Source: Tubulanus polymorphus (lineage: Eukaryota; Animalia; Nemertea). From it: 64,000 nt of DNA. The notes under the pieces were generated by a model, which had not been told where the DNA came from, searched no databases, and worked only from the letters and a program-made list of their open reading frames with translations. Below, one piece after another: positions 39,307 through 50,836 of the stretch. The translations under genes and the position numbers were made by a program. Positions within the stretch are counted from its first letter, which is position 1. Each line of letters opens with the position of its first letter. The stretch is from contig NC_134035.1 of the NCBI RefSeq assembly GCF_964204645.1, positions 4,402,001 through 4,466,000 on the forward strand, in the 5' to 3' direction.

Positions 39307-40096
39307 TTATGTAATAAGAAAAAAAAAACGCGAAAATCATCAGAAATCTTTAAACCCAGTAGTCTAGACGTAAATAGTATTTAACAATATTTTTCGATTG
39401 ATTGTAAGTCACGCCTCTGGTGCTTAACTGATAAACAACTTGATTATCAAATTAATTACGCGTAGCCTTATGCGAATCTAGATCGCCATCTATCGGGTAT
39501 ATGCGGAACTATCGTTAAAGCCACCAGCGGCAATTGTTTGATAGTCGTCGTTATTTATCCAAGTCCGCGTGTGGTTTACACCTGCCAGTTTCCTGTTATG
39601 AAGTATATCTACCACCCACCGTGATACGGGGGGAGGGGGAGGGGGGGGGTGTAATATATTTGAAGCAAACAGACGCTAGTTAGTTACCTAATCGTTGGTG
39701 GTAAGCTTTTTATAATCGGATTAGTTAGTTACCTAATCGTTGGTGGTAAGCTTTTTTATAATCGGATGGGCTTATACCTATATATGGGGTTTGTGAAAAT
39801 ATCCGATCGTGAAACTAAACCACAGACAGGTTACTGACTATAATCGGATGGGCTTGTGAAAGTATCCGACCACAGACAGGTTACAGACTAACTACTGTAG
39901 ACGCGTACCCAGCAAATTTTTAGGCAATTTATGAAATTATGATTGTATTTAGGAACTGTTTTCCCTGAAGCGACACTGAAGTCTAATGCCAAACCGCAGT
40001 AGCGGTTTCTCACTTGATTTACTGTTACTGTGGAAGTAAAACTATTCGCGTTTCTAACTTGATTAAATTTCGCGAAAGTCGTTATCATTCTGTGTA

Positions 40097-40373
40097 CAGA
40101 GCCGTCGGAAGGAATTTTTCAGTGGCGAGGCTTATTTCTGAAGGGTGGTCTGGGGGCCCTCCGCTAGAAAAATTTTGAAAATTCAATCGCCGGAGATGCG
40201 TTTGGGGCCATTTCACGTCTCATTCACAGAAGCAAGAGAAGCCGTTAGCCAACCACCTAGGACAGAGAACAACGTGCTGCTACACGGTACAGCGTGCTTT
40301 TGAAAAAATTGTTGTCAAGCAAAAAAGTGGGGTGGCTTTGGCCGCTCCTGCCGCCCCTGTTCCGACGGCCCTG
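40097..40373. mobile_element. Non-autonomous DNA transposon with 5-bp TSD
   Basis: TIR CAGAGCCGTCGGAA / TTCCGACGGCCCTG; GTGTA on both sides. Confidence 0.75.
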
Positions 40374-41269
40374 GTGTATCTAGTTAGGCTAATTTACGTC
40401 GTTTTAAGGTCACATTTAGTGGGTGGCTCCCCCGATTTTACGATTAGGTAACGATTTTTTTTATCTCGAACAAACATTATATTCAAACGTCTATCGTAAA
40501 TTCGATGTGTGATGTTCGTACAATGTAAGCCTGAAGTTCAGCGTTATTGGGAACGACCGAGGCCGTTTTGTCATAGGCAACCAATGCTTGGCGCGAGTTC
40601 ACCCAGTCCTGGCAGTGGCTGTCTCCACAGTGTATCTACGTTGCTCTACGATCCTGTGTAACCACTGTGGTACATCAGACACTAAGGTTCTTGGTGAAGG
40701 CGCGAGTTGTCTAAGCGATGTGTCGGTCTTTATGAATGTTATTGTGCAGCTTTAGCGTTCGAGGTCTGTATCACCTATTGTTAAAGTGTGTCGAAATAAA
40801 CTATAGCACATCCTGGCCTACGGGCGATTTGTTTATTATAGATATCATCAAGCCACGCGTCTGAGTCGACGGCAAATACGATGTACGCGGTAGCTAACAG
40901 GATGAGGCCTAAATGTGAGTTTTCGTTAAAACGTTTTTGAAAGGTTTAAAACTGTAAAACTACAGACACTACATACATTTACAGGGTGTGGAATGGATTG
41001 ACTTGGTGTATGTAGGCTGTTGTTGTCGACCAAGAAAGGATGGACCCGCCGAAATCTCATTAAAACAGGTGAGTGTATCTAAACTGCAGGTAAACTATAA
41101 CTCTTCTTTCTTTAGATTTGTCGTTTCTATCTCTCGAGATTCTATTGATGTATCCGCGATACTCTCTTCAGATCTGACCTAATAGTCTGTGTGTATCATT
41201 TCAATCTGATTGCTGTATTATGACAGATATGACGACGATTGATTCAATTCAAATTTCATTGCTACTTAG

Positions 41270-43611
41270 GCCCGATATTACAATTCGAAAGTTCGTGGTG
41301 TGTCAGTGGCTGTGGGCGACATGGTTTTAGTGAGAAAAGTTGGGGTGAAAGGAAGGAATAAGTTAGGCGACCGGTGGGAAGAAAATCCCTATCTTGTGAT
41401 TGGTCAGCCCAATCCTGAAATACCAGTTTACGTGGTGGAGAGTACTGTAACCAACAAGCGTAAAACCTTGCATAGGAATCTATTGTTGGTCTTGTCAGTA
41501 CCTCTGCGAATGCCCAAGGCGTCTCTTAAAGAGAGAGCAGTTGTGGAAAAACCTATTCCATGCTTGGATCTGGAGGTATTCGAAACCGAGTCGGTTGACG
41601 AAACTGAGTCGTTAGATGATTTTGTAATCATAGAGAGAAGGGGTCATAATATAGTCGACGAATTAGACGGTGCTGCACCGGAGAGTGTGATGGTGGAGTC
41701 GGATCGCCAATCTGGGGATTTGATTGATAACACCGGAGCTGACAGTGCAGTATCTTCTACCACTCCAATTGTGAGAAACGTTTCTAGTCAACCTCCGCTA
41801 ACTATTGAGCAGTCTGACCCTGTCACGGAATCGTCTGCAAGTCACACTCCAGTAGTGTTTCATTCTGAAACAGAGGATGAAGTAGAAAGTAGGAATAATT
41901 CTGAAAGTGGGGTGGCTGGGGGCAATGATAATGATAATGAAGTCAGGTCTCCTCGACCTCAGCGAGTACGCAAATTGCCTACTAGATTTGATGATTATGT
42001 GGTGGGTCAAACACAGTTAAACCCATCATGGACAAAGAAAATTGAGATTCTCTTTGCTGCAGGAAAAGATCCTGCCATAAGTTCTAATGAAGCTATTATG
42101 GCGGCTATTTTGAAATTGTGTAACTGTGATGGGACGTGATAAATTGACCAGTGAAACTAAATCGAACGTAGTAAGGTTTGCGTAGAAATATGTATAAGTC
42201 ATGTGTCAAATTTTTATTCTCTGGTTAAATAGTATAATTATGGTATGAGTAAGCTTTTAAAAAAGTACGATTGGATAGTATATAATCCTAAAAAAAATTT
42301 AAAAAAAAACTTTTAAAATTAATAGCGCATTTTATTCGAAATATATATATTTGATATATCTATCTTTCTATTTTCCTGATATCGAGGACGATATTCTTTC
42401 TGCCAGGAGGTAGATGTAACCGGGTGAACTTGTAGGGGAAACCGTTCCGTACAGTGCTGCCATCCTTTTTCTAAGTAGGTGGCGTTCTGGTTTTTCGCGG
42501 CAATTATTCATTGTTTGTTGTCCTTACAGACAACACCTATGTGTGTTAATAAACTTCTATATTGTTTATTCCTGTTGCCGCAGGTAAGATATTGTTTAAA
42601 TCCATAACTTTATAAGTATCTTATATAATACAAATTGTAAATTCCGGAGTAATCGAATTTATGTGGTGTCAGTTTAGGGTGAGTTAGGTGAAGGTTCTTT
42701 GGAAAGTTTCATTTCGATCAATATGAAATAATGTTAAATTGTTAATATAAGATATGTTGTATAGGGAATGATTCATTGTTTGTTGTCCTTACAGACAACA
42801 CCTATGTGTGTTAATAAACTTCTATATTGTTTATTCCTGTTGCCGCAGGTTTGTCGATCGTTGTCTTGGCTATTGTTGGTCTCGGACCGTGAGGAGTCGG
42901 CGAAACACAGCTGTAGAAGTGGATCTCCAGAACCCCGAAATCGATCGGTTGCTGTCATTCGATAGAGGAAATAAGGCCGGTCACATATATAACGACATCC
43001 TCCCCCGGCAGGGATTCGAACCTGATGGCATCGAGATTGCTACGGCACGAAACCCTGCCATAAACGACCATGTGTGCGGATACATGCGCAGGTTTACCGT
43101 GATGTCATTGTCAGCCAATCAGAAATCATGTTTCATTTGGTCCATACTTCTACCCGGGTTTTCCCATTTATATGATTTCCGGGTTGTCGAAGCATGGTTT
43201 GTTTGTTCGTTCTCGTGTGCTTTGTTATCAAACAGTTATCAAACACAACATCTGATGACTCGATAAACTTTCCAAACCGAAACTACGACAGACTTCTTCA
43301 AATGTTTGCAGTTCGAATTTACTCAGAGACGAAACGGAATCCATATTGGAATTGATTGCCAAAGCGATTATACAACGAGCAGTCTGATTGGTGCCGCCAG
43401 TTTTCGTTCGGATAGTGCGCATGTAACTGCGCACATGGTCGTTTATGGCAGGGGTTCGTGCCGTGGCTGAGTGTAGCGATGCCATCAGGTTCGAGTCCCT
43501 GCAAAGGGAGGATGATATAATGAGTGGCTTGAATGGGGCCAGTAAATTCTTAGCTTTAGGTTGAGTTACATGTTAGTTGTAACATGATATACGATGGCCA
43601 GGCCCGTAACA
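41270..43611 (+). mobile_element. 5'-truncated Ty3/Gypsy retrotransposon: integrase C-terminus, PPT and 3' LTR (~42415-43611; right end approximate)
   Basis: ORF 41300-42139 VGDMVLVRK..KLGDRWEENPYLVIGQPNPEIPVYVV..TLHRNLL..RPQRVRKLPTRFDDY; ATCGAGGACG..AGGAGGTAGA then TGTAACCGGG; CCCGTAACA at 43603-43611. Confidence 0.8.
42995..43516. mobile_element. MITE with ~100-bp TIRs inserted in the Gypsy LTR
   Basis: CATCCTCCC..GCAGGGATTCGAACCTGATGGCATCG..CCCTGCCATAAACGACCATGTG..TACATGCGCA and its inverse at ~43416-43516. Confidence 0.85.
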
Positions 43612-46600
43612 CAGTGTAACATTCTGAAACCACTGTTACTCTAAGGTGAGATGTCCGTAAGAGGCATATAGTGTACATTGTAAGAGAAACTAATGTTTTA
43701 AAGTTTTTTTAAAATTCCATGCTCAAAGTGTATATCGTTGTATCTCTGTTGGTGATAACATTCTTTTTGGAGGCCATGGTTTAAATGACTCAGATTTTTT
43801 ATCAGATTATGGCCATGTTATATATCGACAGATATAAGCAGAGCGTTTGTCCGCCTCTACAGCAGGTTTACAGGTTTCCACGTGGCATGAACGTCCACTT
43901 CCAAATCATAATGCAATCCAGCTGCGAAAGTAGCTGATGATTACGGAGATCGTCTTTTTTGCATTTTTGCACGGTTTGTGTGACCAGGAATTCCCTGCGA
44001 ATACTGATCGAATTTCAATCTAAAGAACCCTTTTGTGTGCGCCCTATTGCTCTCTCAAATCTGCACAGCTGGTGAATCATGGGTCACAATACATCCACCC
44101 AAAATTCCTCCTGACAGGAATGTAGCATGTCGGATCCAGGCTAAAATTGCAAAAACGATAAAACGTAGACCACACTGTAGAAGGAACCGTTGTTATTCAA
44201 CAGTTCCTTCTACAGTGCTCTTAGTAAGGATGCTCTAGAAAACGTCCATCATGTCTGTCAAGTCAAGTATTTAAGTAAAATCTACTAGAAGAAACGTGAA
44301 ATTTTAAATGCTTATAAAGTTTATTGAATTCCATTCTCAATGAGAAAGTAGAGGAACAGTCGTCTCGAAGGAGCTTATTATTGCGGTGATCGTCTTGGCA
44401 TTTTTGCACGGTTAGTGTGACCAGGGATTCCCTGCGATTACTAACAAAATTCCACTCTTAAGAATCTTTCCTGTATGTAAATGAAAAGAATTAAAAATAA
44501 GCGAAGTCGAATAAAGGAATTCACAAGAATGGAATGCAGTGTTGTTTACTATAATAGCTATTACCATTCATTGTTTATGAACATTTTTGCAAAATAATTT
44601 GCCAATGATGTCTTTTCATTGCGCTGCATCATAATGACTTTGAATTGGGGTCATAATACCTCTGCCAAAATGCCTCCACCTAAATATCCCACACCCTGAA
44701 TCCCTCCACCCAGAATGCGATCAAGATTGTATTACCCGGTAACACACCACTGGCTGTCACATTCACCATCAAAATTAATTACATGGGGAGGATTTATGCA
44801 TTCTTTTACATTTTTTTTCTTAATAGCCTTCTGATAACGTTTGATGAGGCTGTCGGCCATCTGTTTCAAACCTTCCCCTTCTCCTGCTGGAAAAACACTT
44901 TTTGATACATGGCAGAATTCGTTTCCTACATTTCTCAACTCGAACCAGAGATTATGATATTATTTTGCTGTTTTTTTCGTATGTTTTTTTTTTCTTTTGA
45001 AGCAAATTACAAGTGTTTTTGTTAACCATCATAGCATTATGCTTAACTGAAGAAATTTCTTCCACAGGTGTATCCAGACAAATCAGCTTCATCGCTGGAA
45101 CTTGAAATGTTGTATCATAGATAATTGTCATATCTTTGTTCTCAACATTTCTGACCTCTTTATAGAGTATAGCCAACCCTTTTAAAACGCGGTCAAGACT
45201 GACTTCCTCATCAATATTTACATAGGTTTCAACATCTATTGTATCACTATGATCTGATTGTTTGGCACTTGGTGCAATTCTTTGCAGACTGGCTCCCAAT
45301 TCCCAAGTTGGTTTTTCCCACTTGGATATTTTTAATCTCAGCCCGGGTGCAAAAGACAATTCCTGTGAAATGATTCAGAACTCTTAAATCTTCGCCAGTT
45401 CCACCCAACAAAATGTAATAAAGGAATTTCTTTGTTTCTTCTTTGGGGTCCCCGGAGTAATTGATTCACCCGATAAGATGCTAACACTTTTAGTCAGCCC
45501 TGCTATGTCATTGGACTTTTGTATATTCATGAGCTATGCATGGCTCACATTCATAGACCTTTCTGCTAACCAAACAGTTTCCCACCCAAGATTATGAATA
45601 CCGGGTTAGATCCAAATTCCCGGAAAATATCTTACTAGTTATTATTCAAAAGATTATATATATGAACCTCATGTCCTCAATAAAAGATACGCCTTAATAG
45701 ACATGGTCACATATAAAAAGGGTTGGTCCACCTCTACAGCCAGCTAACAGGTTTCCACGTGGCATGATCATCCCCTAAAAAATCATAATGCACTTTAGCT
45801 GCGAAAGTAGCTTATTATCGGGGAGTTCGTCTTAGCATTTTTGCACGGTTAGTGTGACCAGGAATTCCCCTGCGAATACTGACTGAATTTCACTCTAAAG
45901 AATCCTTTTGTCTGCGCTCCATCGCTCTCAGATTTCAATTTGGAATTTGCACACACGAAATAATTTGCCAATGATGTGTTTTCATCGCGCTGCATCATTA
46001 GGGTTATGAGTTGGGCAGAATGGTGACCACAGCTTGCCAAATTTCTTTTTATTGCTAATTTGATGGCTCCACCGTCTTCTATAAGATAGTGAGCCATTTT
46101 AGAGAGGTAGTTTTCTGAGCGCTGCTCGCGTATCTTCTTTTCTAGCTGCATTGAGCTATTCCCTCGCCCTCGCTGAATTAACAGTCTGATGACACGACAT
46201 CTCTTCAGCTGCAGAACTTAATTCCTACTGCACTTGCACAATGCACGTTTCATCAATTTCTGATGATGTTATTCGTTTTGGTCCAGGGTAAAAACTGCAT
46301 GGTTTCATTTCCATTTCTTCTATGTAATGTATTGCATTGCATTCTTAGTGGGAAAAAAATCCCCCGCAATCTTCGAGGTCATCCCTACACAAGTGTTCAC
46401 AAACTAGAAGTTAACTAACATAGGCAGTAAACTCAAAAAGGAGTCGTTGTAGTTGGCTCCATTAATGCGAAGAAGACCTTTCTTTAGGATTTATATTGGA
46501 TTTTAATATCGAGACATAACGGACATGAAATGATGAAATGCTGATCTGAAATTAATAACATATAGAATTTAAACTCTGATCTTAAATGAATTTGAACACT

Positions 46601-46949
46601 GATCTTTGATTAATTTCCTATTTAAATCATTCATTATCAAATATAATAGAATACAAATTAACTGGTTAAACTAACATGTTTTTTGACCAATATATTCTCC
46701 TAAATACTCGTTTAATTGCATGAAATCTAATCTCTAAAAAGAATCGACGTGTCGCTAGTTGTATCTACAAAATTTCTCATCCTAGATTTCGTTGGTTACA
46801 CGTGATGAGCTCTCGATGAGCTATTCGTACCTCTAACAGTCGTGTTGAATGTACACCACTCCGGTTTTGGACTCGAATCCCATATTGACTATAATTTGAA
46901 GTAATAAAACAAACTCTTTTAGTGGAAAAGTTCTATATCCATACAGTTA

Positions 46950-47765
46950 AGATATAAAATATTCTTCGCTCGAGGCCTCTTTCTCCGTGCACTACGGATC
47001 TGCAATGAAACCTTTCTTTCGGCTGAATTTGACCACATATCCAACTCTCTTAAAAAATTGGCTTACCCTGATCACATTTTGAAAATCACTATTTCCAAGG
47101 CTAAAGGAACTCTTTTCAATTCTAAACCTCCAGAAATTGAAAAAAATTTCTGAATTCATTGTAGTTCGGTATGTACCTGTTTTGGAAAAGTTTCGGCACT
47201 CTCTTCCTTTATTGCATGAACAAATCATTTTCACGTATGAAAAAAAAATTAGTAAGACTTTGGTTAAAAACACTAAACCTAAACCTTTGGACTGCAGGGT
47301 TTACAAAATTCCTTGTTTTGGCTGTGATAAAATTTACTTTGTGGAAACTGGCCGTCAATTAAAAACTCGAATTTCGGACCACAAAAAGGATATAATAAAT
47401 AAAAAACCGGCTAGTTACCCTAATTACTCGTCATTCAGATATTAGTACCAATTTAAATAATGGCTTTTCTCCACACAATTCCCTTCTCTCTAAGTATATT
47501 ATTAATGCCTTGCCAAACACGAATTACTTACTCACTCACTATTTTACTCAATTAACCTGTTCTCCTATGTATATATACAACTGTTTTTAGTCAATATCTC
47601 ACACTTGACGATGATCTCTTGGGTGAGATCGAAACGTTGTGTATTTTATATATTTCAGTTTGTTCGAATAGATAAATTTCTTGATTTTAGAATTCTTTTA
47701 ATTTGTAGATTGTGGGTTTTTATCTTATTATCCGTCCACCACATTCGAGTGTGGTTATCGTTCTA
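46950..47765 (+). mobile_element. Penelope-like retroelement 3' fragment (RT thumb, GIY-YIG endonuclease, pLTR)
   Basis: GLFLRALRICNE...; CRVYKIPCFGCDKIYFVETGRQLKTRISDH (degenerate GIY-YIG); followed by a hammerhead and ATTGTGGGTTTT tail. Confidence 0.85.
47601..47642 (+). ncRNA. Minimal type I hammerhead ribozyme of the Penelope pLTR
   Basis: ACAC-TTGACGA-T-GATCTC-TTGGGT-GAGATC-GAAAC-GTT-GTGT: stems I and II pair; C3U core variant. Confidence 0.75.
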
Positions 47766-48279
47766 TTTCTAGATAATTGAAATTAAAAAGTGAATCAGTC
47801 ATTTATTTTAGAAAAGGTCAGAGGCAATGAAAAATGAGAATATATTAATATTAACTGATAGACTTATTCACACTAGATGATATCCTAAGGCGACATATTT
47901 CTAGATTATTGATAATTTAAAAAGTAAACGCGTAGTTTAGATATAACATATTTCTAGATCAATGAATTTCTTGTTATATTTTGTGGTGCTGAGCTCTTCA
48001 ATGGGCTCTTCCAAGTCAACACCAGATTTATTATCTAAGTTGTAATTTGCCACCCATCCAATTATTTTCTTCTTACATTAAGGCTATTCTAGATACTCAG
48101 CCACATAATAAGTCAACACTAGATTTATGATCTGAGTAGTTTTAGCCACACCGTGTAATATTATTTTTCTTACATTGAACAGATTCCAGATACTCGGTTG
48201 ATGAGCTGTTCCATGTTGCAACTTGCTTGATTACCTGTGTTGTAATTCACTGCCCTGTACAATGATTTTCTTACATTAA

Positions 48280-50836
48280 CCCTATGTTAACCAAGGACAT
48301 TTCTGGTTGTCAAAAAATTATGCAATTCATTTTCAGAACATGTTAAGATACTAATAGTGGATATCTATCGCTATTTTTATCCATGCATCCGTTTGACCTA
48401 GTTTTTCAAAATGTTGCAAATCCACAACATTGGTAAAATGTGGAAAATATTTGATAAACTCAACAAGAAAATATATTCAGATAAAAACGTTTTATTTCGA
48501 AAAACACAGTTACTTTTTGTGGAAACCAACAAAACAGTTTGATTTACTCTTCAAACAGAGGTATACATTGCATTTCGAACACTTAGTTTGCGTATAACCA
48601 CTTGGACAAAGCCTGCACCTTGAACGAGTTTCCGTTATGGTCGGCCAATGATCTAAGCAATCAAATCTAATGTCATTGACTGGTTGGTTAATGACAGTCC
48701 TACGTTTTTTCACGGCTGGAGGAGATAACAAGGCTTCAAGACTTGGCCGACCAACACGTGATTTTTTACCAGCCTTGATCATGGCTTCTGCAACTGAAGC
48801 CTGAAAACTCCTCATGGGAATAGTCTTCGCTAACCGTAAAGCAGATGCATCACGTTTATACATGATCCAGGCGTCAACAAGTGCCTGCCTGATAGTGTGG
48901 TAGAAGATGTACATGTACCATCTCTTGCTTTTTATTCTAGGTTTATATAGGGTGCAAAGCATATCTAATAAATCTATGCCACCCATATTCTTGTTATATA
49001 CATTAATTACTGCTGGTCAGGGAACTTGAATATGCTCTTTCTTTTTTGTATCATATCGCTTTACTTCAGTTACTGGATCTATAGCCAAGAAATTTGATAC
49101 GACCAAGACCGGTTTATTATCTAGCCACTTTACGATTGCAATATCTGAATTCTTTTCAACGACAAGATCATAACTGCCCCTATTTCGTTTTTGTAGCTCT
49201 TTGTCGGATAAGACAGGTGCTTTACCGATACGATCTGCTCTAGCAGTACCAATGTAATACATCTGACATTTTTTCAATTCATTTACCATCTTGAAATTGG
49301 TAAAGTAATTGTCACCACAAATCTTGAAACTACGGTCAGCCGGCAAAGAATTACATAACTGAATTACAACGTTCCCACCCAGACCACAACCTTCAACTTC
49401 TGGACAACTATCTACAATTCCTGTTCCCTGACCTGAATAAACATCACAATCATGCAAGTAACCATCATTTGAACAACGTCCCCACATCTTTATCCCCCAT
49501 TTCTTTGGTTTTTTTGGTAGATATTGGCGAACAATTGATCTACCCTTGAAACCAATCAATCTCGTCAACTGATTGAAACTCGGTAGGATTACATCCATTC
49601 AAGATGTTCTCTTTGAATTTTTTCAGCCATGGTCGTAACTTCCAAATTCTATCTAATTTTTGGTCATCAGTGACCAAATTGTTATCCACAAAATGTAACA
49701 TAATCGCAATTTTCATGAATCGATTCCTACTCATTGCATCAGCTATTGGTGGATATCGCGATGAAACTGACCAATAACTACCAATCTGGGGCATTTTTAC
49801 AAGACCCATTAGCAGATAAATGCCAATAAATACTTCTAATTCTTCTTTTGTGAGTTTTAGATTTGAGCCATCTTTTTGCATTGCATAGTTATTAGTCTCA
49901 ACAACAACTAAATCAAACATATCATCTGTGATAATATCTCTAAAATATTCACAATTAGTTTTGAGTGCAGCTGGTGGAATATTTTGATCTGGAACAAAGT
50001 ACAGGTACAGAAACTTCAAACTCTTTTCGTTGAAATTGGTAATTAGAAGCCACCATTCCCTTGGATTTTTTATTTCGGCCGGCTATCATGCTGAGGGGTT
50101 CATCGTCGTCATCGGTTTCCTCATCTGATTTCGAGTCAGGCACTCCGACATCGGTATCATCAGAATCATTATCTGCGCCTCTATCAGATTCATTTCCTCA
50201 ACCATCATCAGCTTCATCATCCTCCATCTCTGAAATACCTGAAAGGTCACTGTCGTTTCCTGTCACAGCATTCAGGACATCATCAAATTTAATCCGCTTC
50301 CGCTTGCTACGTTCCATGATTGCTAATATGATTAAAAAAGAACCAGTAAATGCAAGGGTAATTAATATTTAATCATTAGAATTGAATGCAGGGGGACAAA
50401 CTGAAATAAAAAAATTTATCTCAAAATTTCATTTTACCCTGATCAATCAATGTTGTATTTTTGCACACCCAAAATTCGTGGGCTAAATTATAGATTTATG
50501 AATGTAACCAAATTCAATTTAGTGAATATTTCTATTCTTTAGGCTTTATATTTCAAGATCATCATCTGATCTTTTAAAGAAAACAACCAGGAATTGCTTA
50601 TAATCGAGCAAAACTTACTTAAGAAATTCTGACTTGCTTACTTCAAGGAGACAGTCATTGCGCAATGCCAACCAGTAAAAGTTATTGTGAGGTGCTGCCA
50701 TCTCGCGACGCTTAAACAAACTACTAATACGTTGTGATTCTGCAACATTGGTTAATAATGGACAAATGTTAACAATAAGGGTACGAGCCACTCCCAAAAA
50801 CCTTGTTGCAAATTCGCAACCCGGGTTAACATAGGG
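48280..50836 (-). mobile_element. Full-length piggyBac DNA transposon (2557 bp) with disrupted transposase
   Basis: TTAA TSDs (48276-48279, 50837-50840); 13-bp TIR CCCTATGTTAACC / GGTTAACATAGGG; subterminal TGTTGCAAAT..CAAC repeats. Confidence 0.95.
48510..50317 (-). pseudogene. piggyBac (PGBD2/3-like) transposase pseudogene
   Basis: Acidic N-terminus from ATG at 50317; catalytic motifs SVDE, GDNYFT, MGGIDLLD; PKKPKKWGIK; C-terminal CRD RCRLC..CSKCNVYLC..CFVGFH; at least two stops and two frameshifts. Confidence 0.92.

Noticed and set aside
41300-42139. 279-aa ORF as a host gene
   Set aside because: Gypsy integrase C-terminal motifs followed by PPT and LTR; 5'-truncated, no true ATG.
43865-43900. 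HDV-like ribozyme suggested by TCCACGT core (also TCCATGC at ~37371)
   Set aside because: P1 and P1.1 (GG) partners could not be found.
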